Below the pieces are notes generated by a model that was not told the origin of the DNA, searched no databases, and saw only the letters and a program-made list of their open reading frames with translations. A DNA stretch of 64,000 nucleotides from Candidatus Micrarchaeota archaeon. Lineage in GTDB: Archaea; Micrarchaeota; Micrarchaeia; Micrarchaeales; CABMGC01. Location: NCBI GenBank assembly GCA_021848065.1, contig JAJZNA010000014.1, positions 30,803 through 94,802 on the forward strand. The letters run 5' to 3'. Position 1 is the first letter of the stretch, and every line of letters begins with the position of its first letter. The translations under genes and the position numbers were made by a program. Shown here one piece after another: positions 27,149 to 36,308 of this stretch.

Positions 27149-27973
27149 TCACGAAAGGAGGCGCCTTACCTCTGCTATCTCTTCCTTCTCGCTGATTTTC
27201 TCGCTAAGGGGCGTCTCAAGGATAAGTATCTTCGACCTAATATCCCCATGCGAAAAGAATTTCCTGAACCTCTCGATGCCTATGTATCCAGTGCCTATGT
27301 TTGCATGCCGATCCCTCCTGGATCCGAGAGGCATCATTGCATCATTGACATGCACTGCCCGTATCTTGTCCAAGCCCATCTCACTGTCTATTCGCTCAAG
27401 CGCGTCAGCGTCACCTATGTCATATCCCATTGCGAACGCGTGGCACGTATCTAGGCAGAACCCCACCCTCTCTCCCCCTACCCTATCGCGCACCTCAGCC
27501 ATCTCCTTAAGGTCTGCACCCACGCTGTTGTTATGTCCTGCCTCGTTCTCCAGAAGCACCATCACCCCAGGGGCTACGTCCGCAACCTGCGAAAGAGCCT
27601 CCGATATATTGCTTAAGGCCTTCTGCGTTCCCATCCCCATGTGGCTTCCCATATGCGTGACCAGGTGGCTTATACCCAAGAGGTCGCACCTTTCAAGGTT
27701 CCCTTTGAGCGATTTTATCGACCTATCGTATATCCTTTTGTCTGAAGATGAGAGGTTTGGCAGGTAAGGCATGTGCGCTATTACTTCCGATACGCTTGAC
27801 CTTTCTGACCTATCAGAGAACTTGCCTGCTGTTCCAGGGTCCATGGCACTCATGCTCCACGACCTCGGATTAGTCACGAATATCTGCATGGCGCTGCACC
27901 CGTCATCCTCTGCACGGTCAAAAGCGAATTCCATGCTTCCTGCAATCGAAATGTGCCTGCCAAGCTTTATCAT
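27149..27973 (-). CDS. nfo: endonuclease IV (AP endonuclease)
   Basis: 274 aa. The metal-ligand blocks of the Nfo/TIM-barrel family are present: HMPYLPNL, VTHMGSH, LENEAGHNNSVG, CLDTCHAFAMGYD and HVND. Confidence 0.85.
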   Translation of the reverse strand: MIKLGRHISIAGSMEFAFDRAEDDGCSAMQIFVTNPRSWSMSAMDPGTAGKFSDRSERSSVSEVIAHMPYLPNLSSSDKRIYDRSIKSLKGNLERCDLLGISHLVTHMGSHMGMGTQKALSNISEALSQVADVAPGVMVLLENEAGHNNSVGADLKEMAEVRDRVGGERVGFCLDTCHAFAMGYDIGDADALERIDSEMGLDKIRAVHVNDAMMPLGSRRDRHANIGTGYIGIERFRKFFSHGDIRSKILILETPLSEKISEKEEIAEVRRLLS

Positions 27974-28029
27974 GTCTACTCCCCCATGTGACCAGGTCCA
28001 AGTTCATCTATTTTAATGTTTATGGGCAT

Positions 28030-28644
28030 TCACATCTGCCTGCACGATCCTACTGCTTCAGCAAGAGCTTTCATCTCAGGTGCAGAAAGCGCACCGCTAT
28101 CACCAAACTTCCTGCTGGATACTACAAATTCAGCGACTTCCATTCTGTCTGCAGACATCTTCATGCTCCCTACAAGCACTTCCTTGAGGTCTACCTCACG
28201 TGAAAATCTGCCGGTATCGTCCGCCCATTCGCCGGAAATATCGCTGAACTTCATAAGCATCGATATTGCATTCACCGAAAGAACGAATTTCCTAAGCCCG
28301 TCTATCCTTTGCATGACTTCTTGATCCCACTCTCTTGTGCCGTCAAGGTAAGGCGCATACTGTTCCCTTATCTCAGCTTCCCTAAGCCTGAGGTTGTTTA
28401 TCAGGTACATATCCCTCTGCATCTCATCCGATTTGTCAGGAAGAAGCGCCGTGTAGCCCTTGATATCTATCCTGCCGGCCTCCATCTCCCCGTGGAGTAT
28501 ATCCAGAGCCTCAAGTATAAGCTCGTCTTTCAATCTTGTTAACATGTCTTCGCAAAGCATCCATGCCTGAGTGTTGTCTGAAGCCGTTGAAACACCTGTG
28601 CACCATCGCCACAATCCACTTCTAGCAGACGTGCCATGATGCAA
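28030..28644 (-). CDS. hypothetical protein
   Basis: The frame opens with TTG; a likelier start is an internal ATG (MLTRLKDE...). Helical and acidic, with no family recognised. Confidence 0.35.
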   Translation of the reverse strand: MHHGTSARSGLWRWCTGVSTASDNTQAWMLCEDMLTRLKDELILEALDILHGEMEAGRIDIKGYTALLPDKSDEMQRDMYLINNLRLREAEIREQYAPYLDGTREWDQEVMQRIDGLRKFVLSVNAISMLMKFSDISGEWADDTGRFSREVDLKEVLVGSMKMSADRMEVAEFVVSSRKFGDSGALSAPEMKALAEAVGSCRQM

Positions 28645-28662
28645 CCAGCTATCTCTTTCCAG

Positions 28663-29010
28663 CTATTTAAGGCTTCGCAGTATGCATGCACATATCTGGA
28701 GGCATGCAGGGCCTTGGGGCGGCGAGGACCCCGCCCCTTCCAAAACGTTCTGCAGTGCAATGCTGTCTTCCCCTATGCCTAGGCCAAGGCTATACCAGTG
28801 CCTGTGCGGGTATCTCCTGCGATTAAGCTCGCCTACCCTCTTCACGTCTTCTATTGCCACTTTAGCAATATCGCACAGTCCTGATGCAATCCTTTCCACA
28901 GCTTCGGGCTCAAGTCCTCTGCCCGTCTCCTCCAACAGGCCGCGCAGTGCCCTTTTCAACTCAGTTTCCTTCTTGCGTCTTCCCATACACCTCGTTTTGG
29001 TCCCCATCAA
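28663..29010 (-). CDS. hypothetical protein
   Basis: 115-aa ORF with a basic N-terminus. It is in the same frame as the downstream ORF and separated from it by one TAG. Confidence 0.3.
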   Translation of the reverse strand: MMGTKTRCMGRRKKETELKRALRGLLEETGRGLEPEAVERIASGLCDIAKVAIEDVKRVGELNRRRYPHRHWYSLGLGIGEDSIALQNVLEGAGSSPPQGPACLQICACILRSLK

Positions 29011-29152
29011 ATCACCCAGAAGCAGATTACCCGTTTCTATAGCGCCGGCAACGCTTTATGCAATCGAAGATACACAGTTAAAGTATATATATCTTACTAC
29101 ACGAGTTTATACTCAAAGAAAAGATTATATACTTTATTGGCATAATACTTAC

Positions 29153-29173
29153 TGCCAAGGCGGTGCCTTGGCA
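29153..29173. other. GC-rich hairpin (9-bp perfect stem, 3-nt loop)
   Basis: tgccaaggc-ggt-gccttggca, in an AT-rich divergent intergenic region. Confidence 0.7.
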
Positions 29174-29187
29174 TCACCTAGAAACAG

Positions 29188-29209
29188 GCGGGCGGCATCT
29201 GCCGCCCGC
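29188..29209. other. GC-rich hairpin (10-bp perfect inverted repeat)
   Basis: gcgggcggca-tc-tgccgcccgc, 14 nt downstream of the first hairpin. Confidence 0.7.
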
Positions 29210-29262
29210 AAATTCTTATAAATCAACACGCGGTTGCACATCATCCATGCCAAGCCTATCAA

Positions 29263-29829
29263 GTGTCTCAGAGCCGACAATGCAGACATTTATATAATCC
29301 ACATATCAAAATAGTATTCGGGTTTGGTATGCCTTCTGCTAAGGTGAAGGAGAACAACGGTCTGCTCATAAGGCTTAGGTACTTGTCAGTATGGCTATCT
29401 GCAAGGGAAGACCTGCCAATAAACCTTATAACAGGCAGCTTCAGCAGCATAAAGCTCCTGCGCTTCTCACTTGCGATAATATCCCTCATCTCATTCTCCT
29501 CTGTAGCTTTGGGTTCGCCAGTCTGGAACTCCGGAAGCTACATGGGGTTATGGTACGGGATCGTATCTTCAGGCTACATAATTGTGGCAATGATATTCCT
29601 TCTGGGTTTGAGGATGTGGTACGGCGCCTCAGTCGGGTTTTCATTGATAAGCTCCATAATAACCCTAGCTATAGACGAGAGGAGCGGCTTCCATCCGTTG
29701 GGAACCTGGGGAACAACTGACCTGAACAACTTGGTAGCCTTGGGCTGGGTATATCTTGTGCTGTGCGGCCTGTTAATGATGCGATATGATAAGGGATCTA
29801 AGATAAATGACATGCTGGTGCAGAGCTAG
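29263..29829 (+). CDS. polytopic membrane protein, unknown function
   Basis: 188-aa frame with at least four hydrophobic helices. The true start is probably the internal MPSAKV... Confidence 0.4.
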   Translation: MSQSRQCRHLYNPHIKIVFGFGMPSAKVKENNGLLIRLRYLSVWLSAREDLPINLITGSFSSIKLLRFSLAIISLISFSSVALGSPVWNSGSYMGLWYGIVSSGYIIVAMIFLLGLRMWYGASVGFSLISSIITLAIDERSGFHPLGTWGTTDLNNLVALGWVYLVLCGLLMMRYDKGSKINDMLVQS

Positions 29830-29837
29830 CGCCGCGC

Positions 29838-30803
29838 TCAGATTTCAAGCGCCATCATCTTGCCAAGATCGGACCTGACATCAAATTCCCTTGCATCGTG
29901 CCCGTATGCCCTTAGGTTCTTTGCAAGTATGTCTGCATTCGGTCCGTATGTGAATATTGACTTAGGTCCGCACTGCTCCACATAATCTAGAGTCTGTTTG
30001 AAATCTGCGTGGTCACTTAGGGTGAACTGCACATCTGCCCTGAACTTTTGGAACCTGGCAAATCCCGTTGCAACAGCCGTGAATGCAGTCTTGCCTGCTT
30101 CTGATGCAAGCATCTTTGTCTCGTAAAGCTTTCCCATGCTGACTATCTCTACCGGACTGTCAAAATGGTTGGCCATGTCCTCAGCCTCAACAAACCTGAG
30201 GCCGAATCCATTCCTATTGTACACCTCCGTCATCCTTGCCGTATTCCGGTCCACAACGGGTTCTATGCCCACGTCATTGCATATGCTTATTATCTCCTGG
30301 GCCTTGCCCATGGAATAAGCCCCAAATATTACGCACCCCATCCTTTCCTTATAGCGTATATAGTGCTGCATCGCAGTTATGACTTCGTCTCTTTCATCAA
30401 ATGCCACATTTGCAAATGGGTACGTGGAATCCACCATGAGCACATCGGCATGCCTTATCTCGATGGGCTCTGACGTGGAAGATTCCTGAAGCTGGTAGTC
30501 TCCTGTATATATCACAGAGCATCCATATTCCTCAGACTCTATGTAAAGCTGCCTAGACCCAAGCATGTGTCCAGAGTTAAGCAATGATACGCATTCTGGC
30601 TTCTCCACAGCGTTTATCCCGTATTTGGAGCGCACCTCAACAAGCTCACGAGTCACACTGCTGCACAGTATTCTCGCTCCCTTCTTCACTGCAGATGTAT
30701 GGTCAGAATGCGCATGAGAAACAAAATTCAGGTTGGCTTGGGGATCCTTCCTGTCCAATCCTATGCTGTGCCCGCCAATGCGCAGTGCCATCCCATCCGC
30801 CAA
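29838..30803 (-). CDS. metallo-beta-lactamase-fold nuclease (beta-CASP/ligase-associated exonuclease-like)
   Basis: 321 aa. HAHSDHT (HxHxDH), LNSGHMLGS, DSTY and a C-terminal LSDHADF motif. Confidence 0.7.
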   Translation of the reverse strand: MADGMALRIGGHSIGLDRKDPQANLNFVSHAHSDHTSAVKKGARILCSSVTRELVEVRSKYGINAVEKPECVSLLNSGHMLGSRQLYIESEEYGCSVIYTGDYQLQESSTSEPIEIRHADVLMVDSTYPFANVAFDERDEVITAMQHYIRYKERMGCVIFGAYSMGKAQEIISICNDVGIEPVVDRNTARMTEVYNRNGFGLRFVEAEDMANHFDSPVEIVSMGKLYETKMLASEAGKTAFTAVATGFARFQKFRADVQFTLSDHADFKQTLDYVEQCGPKSIFTYGPNADILAKNLRAYGHDAREFDVRSDLGKMMALEI

Positions 30804-30941
30804 TTAGTGAACTTGCCCGCAAAACTTAATATAGGTTAGCGGGCTTTCGGAAGACTGGCCTGGCTAGAATCCTCTCCAGATAATATAATATATCTGTGAC
30901 AAAATATTATGGTATCTATTTGATAAGAGCGCGTGATCCTG

Positions 30942-31883
30942 ATGGTAGAAAAAGTCATAATATTGGGTTCTGGGCCTGCGGGCCTCTCCGCAGCAATATA
31001 CTCTGCAAGGGAAGGCTTCTCACCTTTAGTCATCGGGGGGTACAATCCCGGGGGCCAGCTTCTACTTACAACTCTTGTGGAAAACTTTCCAGGGTTCCCT
31101 GATGGCGTATACGGGCCTGACCTGATTACGCAGATGAGGAAACAGGCAGAAAAGTTCGGGACCAGGTTCGTGGATGAAAATGCCACTGAGGTTAACTTCG
31201 GCAGGAAACCATTCACAGTAACCGCAGGCGGCAAGTCTTACGAGGCAGAGTCCGTAATAATAGCCACGGGGGCTAATGCCAAATGGCTTGGAATACCCTC
31301 CGAGAAAAAATTCATAGGACATGGGGTATCAAACTGTGCCACGTGCGATGGGCCTTTCTATAAAGGCAAGGACGTCATAACCGTAGGTGGCGGTGACACT
31401 GCAATGGAGGACTCCCTGTTCCTCACGCGCTTTGCCAATAGCGTCACCATAGTGCACAGGAAGGACGTGCTGAGAGCGAGCAATGTCATGCAGCAGAGGG
31501 CAAAGTCAAATCCAAAGATAAAATTCATATGGAATTCAGTGATAGAAGAAATAAAGGGGGACACTTCCGTTTCCAGCGTTATGATACGCAACATCGTCAC
31601 CAATGAGCTCACGGAAGTTAAGACACAGGGCGTATTCGTTGCCATAGGCTATGCCCCAAATACTGACATATTCAAGGGCAAGATAGACCTTGACGAGAAG
31701 GGATATATCGTTCCCGCCAAGGAGGAAGTATACACGAATGTGGACGGTGTGTTTGTCGCAGGAGATGTCGCAGACCATGTCTTCAGGCAGGCAGCTACCG
31801 CAAGCGGAAGCGGCGTCAAGGCAGCGCTTTCGGTCAGGGAATACTTGGCCAACGAGGAAGCCTCTGCGCTAGAAAAGAAGTGA
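30942..31883 (+). CDS. trxB: thioredoxin reductase
   Basis: FAD motif VIILGSGPAGLSAAIYSAREG, redox-active CATCDG, and NAD(P)H motif VGGGDTAMEDS. The ATG at 30942 is preferred to the track's GTG at 30933. Confidence 0.85.
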   Translation: MVEKVIILGSGPAGLSAAIYSAREGFSPLVIGGYNPGGQLLLTTLVENFPGFPDGVYGPDLITQMRKQAEKFGTRFVDENATEVNFGRKPFTVTAGGKSYEAESVIIATGANAKWLGIPSEKKFIGHGVSNCATCDGPFYKGKDVITVGGGDTAMEDSLFLTRFANSVTIVHRKDVLRASNVMQQRAKSNPKIKFIWNSVIEEIKGDTSVSSVMIRNIVTNELTEVKTQGVFVAIGYAPNTDIFKGKIDLDEKGYIVPAKEEVYTNVDGVFVAGDVADHVFRQAATASGSGVKAALSVREYLANEEASALEKK

Positions 31884-31993
31884 CATGGATATCCGGTGGG
31901 CCGGGCTGAGGATGCCACAAAAGCCGCACTGCAGGTCCATACTGCCCAACTCAAAGACACAGTAGTGCCTGTCTCTTTTCCATTATACGACGC

Positions 31994-33052
31994 TCAAATT
32001 ATCTTCTTCTGTCCACTGTAGTCAACGAGATTGGATACCCTTACCCCTATCTTCCTGATTTTGCGCGATCTGTCAGCATTCTGCCTATACAAGTTGACAG
32101 CCGTAGATATTAGCATCTCGGGGCTGTCAGTGACCTTTATGCTCTTGCTGTGCAGATGCTCTGTGAAATCTGCGTATCTGAGCTTGAGCGTTATTGTCTT
32201 GAAAGATTTCTTGCTTTTGGATACTTCCAAACTGACCCCCCTGCCAAGTTCCCCTATCCTGGCCTCTATCTCCATGCCGCTGTCCGTATCTGAATCAAAT
32301 GTGAACTCCCTTCCTATCGATTTTATCCCGTAGTTCTCCACCACAGCGCTGTCATCAATGCCCTTCGCGTTCCTGACCATCTCTGCCCCGAATGCGCCGA
32401 ACAGCTCCATCATGCGCATCATATTTGCCTTTGAGAGCTGGCCTACTGTGCTGTATCCAAGTTTCCTAAGCTTTTGCGCGGTCTTCTCCCCAATTCCATA
32501 AAGCTTCCCAACCTCCATATCCTTCAGGAACTCCCCAACCTCCTCCTCTTTCACCTGCTTTATCCCAGCTGGCTTTGCGCTCTCGCATGCCATCTTGGCT
32601 ATCAGCTTGTTCGGGCCTATTCCTATGGAGCATTTGATTCCTACGTCATCTAGCACCCTTTTCTGTACAGTCATCGCGTATTCCAGAGCTTCAGAGGCGT
32701 GCGCTATCTTTGCGGATACGTCCATGTATGCCTCGTCCACGCTCACCTGTTCGAACTTCCCTGCCAGCGGCTTTATGGCTGCCATGACTTTTGCAGATAT
32801 TCTGTCATAGTAATAGTAGTCGAGCGGAAGGTATATCGCATCTGGCTTTATCCTATAGGCCATGGATATTGGCATCCCGCTCCTTATCCCGAACTTCCTT
32901 GCCTCATAGTTGCACGTCATCACGACCCCCCTTCCCGATCCTCCTTTAGGATCCATTCCGACCACTGCAGGAACCCCTTTTATCTCGGGATGCCTGAGCT
33001 CTTCGCATGCCACGTAGAAATAGTCCATGTCGACAAGCAACACCGTCCTCAT
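31994..33052 (-). CDS. dinB: Y-family DNA polymerase IV (Dpo4/DinB)
   Basis: 352 aa. N-terminal VLLVDMDYFYVACEELRHPE, SVDEAYMDV catalytic acidic residues, and a GIGEKTAQKL helix-hairpin-helix. Confidence 0.85.
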   Translation of the reverse strand: MRTVLLVDMDYFYVACEELRHPEIKGVPAVVGMDPKGGSGRGVVMTCNYEARKFGIRSGMPISMAYRIKPDAIYLPLDYYYYDRISAKVMAAIKPLAGKFEQVSVDEAYMDVSAKIAHASEALEYAMTVQKRVLDDVGIKCSIGIGPNKLIAKMACESAKPAGIKQVKEEEVGEFLKDMEVGKLYGIGEKTAQKLRKLGYSTVGQLSKANMMRMMELFGAFGAEMVRNAKGIDDSAVVENYGIKSIGREFTFDSDTDSGMEIEARIGELGRGVSLEVSKSKKSFKTITLKLRYADFTEHLHSKSIKVTDSPEMLISTAVNLYRQNADRSRKIRKIGVRVSNLVDYSGQKKII

Positions 33053-33064
33053 TAAGATCTCCGT

Positions 33065-33682
33065 TCAGAGCCGAACTTCAGCAACTTCCCCTTCGGGCTC
33101 TGTCTCCTTGAATACCTGTGCCGTAAATTTATATAGGCTTATGTCCGGCCTCTCCCAAGCGCTTTCGTGCAAGCCCGCCTGCTCGCACAGCCCTGAAAGC
33201 AGGCTTCCAACATCTTTATTGGCCTTCGAAGCCGCAGTGGGCATGACTGCGGCGCTGTTAAATCCATATTCGACGAAAACTCCGTCCTTGCCAATCCTTA
33301 TGGCGTTCTTCCTCCCAAGCGGGGTCTTCCTGCGTATCCTCTCCACGTTGCGTATGATGCTTACCTCAACAGTAACGTCCTGCAGCTCTCCATGCGCCAT
33401 GGGTATGAACTTTCCGCCCCCTTCCGAAGCCGCTATCGCCGACTGCACGAGTGCCCTCCCAAGCCTGTCCCGTGGCCAGGCAGAACCAGTACAGCCTCTC
33501 ACAGTGTCTGTCGGATGATGCGCTATTGTCACAAATACCCCTGCCTTCTCAGAGTATTCCCCAAGCAGGCCCTCAACCGCTGCTCCGTCGAATCCTGGGC
33601 TTACGAGGCTAAGCTCCATGGCGTTACGTGCTGCCTTGACCAGAGCCCTTCCCTCGGATATTGAGTACCCTTTCCCATCCAT
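33065..33682 (-). CDS. AMMECR1 domain protein
   Basis: 205 aa. GVFVTI...VRGCTG matches the AMMECR1 LRGCIG-type core. Confidence 0.75.
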   Translation of the reverse strand: MDGKGYSISEGRALVKAARNAMELSLVSPGFDGAAVEGLLGEYSEKAGVFVTIAHHPTDTVRGCTGSAWPRDRLGRALVQSAIAASEGGGKFIPMAHGELQDVTVEVSIIRNVERIRRKTPLGRKNAIRIGKDGVFVEYGFNSAAVMPTAASKANKDVGSLLSGLCEQAGLHESAWERPDISLYKFTAQVFKETEPEGEVAEVRL

Positions 33683-33849
33683 GCATAACAGAATGATAGT
33701 ATAAGCTCAAAAACATTATCTCGCCCTGAGTGCTACCCAAGGTGAAAAATCCGCTGAGAATTACAACGATTCAAATTCCTATTCGTAATTTCCCGAAATG
33801 GTGACAAAGGTTAAAAAGATTAATGCAATAATATAATTGGGATGGGATC

Positions 33850-33984
33850 ATGCCAGTCGAATGGGTCGCACAGACCAATGTGCTAACATGCGCGAACTGC
33901 GGAAAGCCTGTAAACGAAGGCCAGAATGTGGTCGGAGAGCTAGATAGCTTTTACCACAAGGAAGGCCAAGACTGCTCAAAATAG
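33850..33984 (+). CDS. possible small Cys-containing protein (44 aa)
   Basis: ATG at 33850 and TAG at 33982-33984, giving MPVEWVAQTNVLTCANCGKPVNEGQNVVGELDSFYHKEGQDCSK (C-x2-C ... H-x4-C). An AT-rich box lies about 20 nt upstream. Below the track's length cutoff, and it competes with the minus ORF 33848-34039. Confidence 0.3.
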   Translation: MPVEWVAQTNVLTCANCGKPVNEGQNVVGELDSFYHKEGQDCSK

Positions 33985-34035
33985 GCGCGCTAATCGGAGT
34001 AGTAGACAAGCCAGTTAGCTTTGCTATGGCCTCAG

Positions 34036-35034
34036 TCACTGAGTTATCTTTGGGAATATCCTTTTTATGTTAAGGTATGTGAGCTTCTCTATCTCGTTTT
34101 CTGAAAAGCCCAGCTTCTTGAGTCTGGCAAGAAATTCATAGTATCCATTAAGGCTTGGTATGCCTGACATGTAATCTCCTGGCTTCTTCGAAGGGCTGTA
34201 CACCTTCTCCTCTCTAGAATGGGGCGCATGGTCTGTCTCTATGAAATCTATCTTCCCATCCTTCAGCAGCCCCAGCATCTTCTCCATCTGCTCAGGGCCC
34301 CTGAGCGGAGGGTTCACCTTGTACACTACCCCTGCCTCGTCCTGCATGTCTTTGGTGGACAGCGTCAGGTGGTGTGGGGTGACTCCGCAGCTTATGTCCA
34401 TATGCCTCCTGGCTCCATCCACAATATTTACTGACTCAGGCACTGATATGTGGCATATGTGGATATGGGCCTTGACACCGCACTCAGAAGCGAGCCTGAG
34501 CTGGTCTCTTACCGACTCGACCTCGGCTGCAGGTGGCCTTGCTACGTTCCACGTGTACGGCCTCCTCGGATCCCACTCTTCCGGCTTGAACATGCTCTCC
34601 TTCTCGCAGTGGAGCATGAGCACCCCTTTGTAGCCTGACTCCGCAAGGGCGCTGTACGCCTCCCTCTGGCTCTCTTCATCCACAACTCCTAGCGAGCCTA
34701 CGGACCTTCCTGCAAACATCTTCAGCCCAACAACTTTCGGGTTTGAATCTACCACGTCAACAGCCTTGCGAAGCTGCTCCTGGTCCTTAGTCACTCCCAT
34801 GTATATGTAGTACCCGTCATGCACCCCTTCTGCGCGTGCGGTCTCCAGCCTCTTCTCCGCAAGCTCACTGGATGTTATCGGTGGATTGGTGTTTGGCATG
34901 TCAACCACTGCAACAACACCCTGGCTCCGCGCGGTCTCCATAACAGATTTTATCGTGGCCTTGTAGGACCATTCCCAGTCGCGGCAATGGACATGTGGGT
35001 CTATGTGCTTTCCCATCATATCATTCTCCTGCAT
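34036..35034 (-). CDS. pyrC: dihydroorotase-like amidohydrolase
   Basis: 332 aa. HVHCRD (HxH), an HIHICHIS block and ETDHAPH (metal ligands). Overlaps pyrD by 14 nt. Confidence 0.7.
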   Translation of the reverse strand: MQENDMMGKHIDPHVHCRDWEWSYKATIKSVMETARSQGVVAVVDMPNTNPPITSSELAEKRLETARAEGVHDGYYIYMGVTKDQEQLRKAVDVVDSNPKVVGLKMFAGRSVGSLGVVDEESQREAYSALAESGYKGVLMLHCEKESMFKPEEWDPRRPYTWNVARPPAAEVESVRDQLRLASECGVKAHIHICHISVPESVNIVDGARRHMDISCGVTPHHLTLSTKDMQDEAGVVYKVNPPLRGPEQMEKMLGLLKDGKIDFIETDHAPHSREEKVYSPSKKPGDYMSGIPSLNGYYEFLARLKKLGFSENEIEKLTYLNIKRIFPKITQ

Positions 35035-36235
35035 TGGCCTTCACCTCACTCTGCAACTTCTGGAGAGAACCGTATCCATCTTTCCTGAGCCCTTCACAAA
35101 CGCCCTTCACCAGCCTGTTGAGAAGCCCAAGCCCGTAGAAGGCATACGGAGTATAACCCTCAATCATGTCTGCGCCTGCCTTGAATGTCTGGTAAGCGTC
35201 TTCCCCATCATAAATGCCACCTGTGGCTACAACAACAGCTTTGGGGAATGCGCTCCTAGCATCCCTGACTGCCCTGAGCCTATATTCCTTAAGGAACCTC
35301 CCGCTCCTCCCTGCAGATTTGTACCCCCATTTTTCCGATGGCACATTCTCTCCGGGAACCATTTTCGTGTTCGTGACCACCACCCCATGCCCACCTCCCT
35401 CTATGAAGCTTCCCACGAAGCCTGTGAATTCCTGCCCTGCACCAGGCTCGTAAGGCCACATCTTCACCATCCTGAGCTTTGAAGGCGCTTCATCCGCTAT
35501 AAGTTCTGCTGTGGCTCTGAATACCTCTTTGGTTCTAAGAAGCCCCAGCGCTGTGGTGTTTGGCGATGCCGGATTCCATACAAATCCATCTACGTAAGGG
35601 GATAGGGCCTGCACCAGCGTGCGCATCTGCTCCATTGCCACTTTTATTGCGTCGGTCTCCGAAAGCGGCAATCCGCATATGCTGGCGTATACTGGCACAG
35701 AGCCCCCTTTTTTCCTGTAATCTTTTATGTTGATAAGGAAATTCTCCAACCCTCTGCTCGGAAAGCCCATCGCGTTGTAGAGGTCAAGGTCCGCATCTGC
35801 AGATGCAAGGCGTGGCTTTGCGTTCCCTTCCCTGGGGTTTGCCATCACTGTGCCAGGCTCCAGGAATCCGAATATGCGCGACAATGGCAGCATTGCAGCG
35901 CCGTCCTTATCCAGTCCAGCAGCAGTTCCGAAAGGCATTAGCCTCACTCCATTAACATTCACCATTAGCTCCCTAGGCCTGCGGAAGAGGCCTGAGAGAA
36001 GCTTTAGGTAAAAGTCGCTATTGTGCAATGACCTTATGACAAGCTCCTGCACTTCCTCAGCATCGTTGCCAGCCTTTGCATATAGCAAGGGCCTTACCTT
36101 CTGCCTGAAGTAGTCGGGATTGATAATGCCTCTCAGCATCTCAAACCTGTCCACAAGACCTAGCTCACTATCCATGTTACCACAAATGCAATACAGCCAG
36201 CAGCGCAATATGGCGCCGCAGCTGACCATATTCAA
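35021..36235 (-). CDS. pyrD: dihydroorotate dehydrogenase
   Basis: NAMGFPSRGLE, NPASPNT and VVATGGIYDGEDAYQTFKAGADMIE motifs. The likely true start is MDSELG at about 36175. Confidence 0.75.
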   Translation of the reverse strand: MNMVSCGAILRCWLYCICGNMDSELGLVDRFEMLRGIINPDYFRQKVRPLLYAKAGNDAEEVQELVIRSLHNSDFYLKLLSGLFRRPRELMVNVNGVRLMPFGTAAGLDKDGAAMLPLSRIFGFLEPGTVMANPREGNAKPRLASADADLDLYNAMGFPSRGLENFLINIKDYRKKGGSVPVYASICGLPLSETDAIKVAMEQMRTLVQALSPYVDGFVWNPASPNTTALGLLRTKEVFRATAELIADEAPSKLRMVKMWPYEPGAGQEFTGFVGSFIEGGGHGVVVTNTKMVPGENVPSEKWGYKSAGRSGRFLKEYRLRAVRDARSAFPKAVVVATGGIYDGEDAYQTFKAGADMIEGYTPYAFYGLGLLNRLVKGVCEGLRKDGYGSLQKLQSEVKANAGE

Positions 36236-36308
36236 ATTGTCATTATCCTATTGGCTGTCCTGTTTAATAACCCTGTCTCTTCCATGGGCCAAGCTACTGG
36301 CCTGCGGA

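Noticed and set aside
28645-28665. The in-frame TAG separating ORFs 28663-29010 and 28030-28644 (same frame, 6 codons apart), considered as read-through, pyrrolysine recoding or a pseudogene
   Set aside because: TAG serves as an ordinary stop elsewhere in the window (tag, vapB, the 5' partial ORF). The downstream frame only opens with TTG, and its first 30 residues look non-coding. No domain continuity is recognisable across the stop, so I treat these as two small adjacent genes. This stays unresolved rather than disproved.
33848-34039. 63-aa minus-strand ORF overlapping the pyrC stop
   Set aside because: It has no motif, overlaps the end of pyrC, and competes with a more plausible 44-aa plus-strand Cys-containing ORF that has an upstream AT-rich box. 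Neither call is strong.
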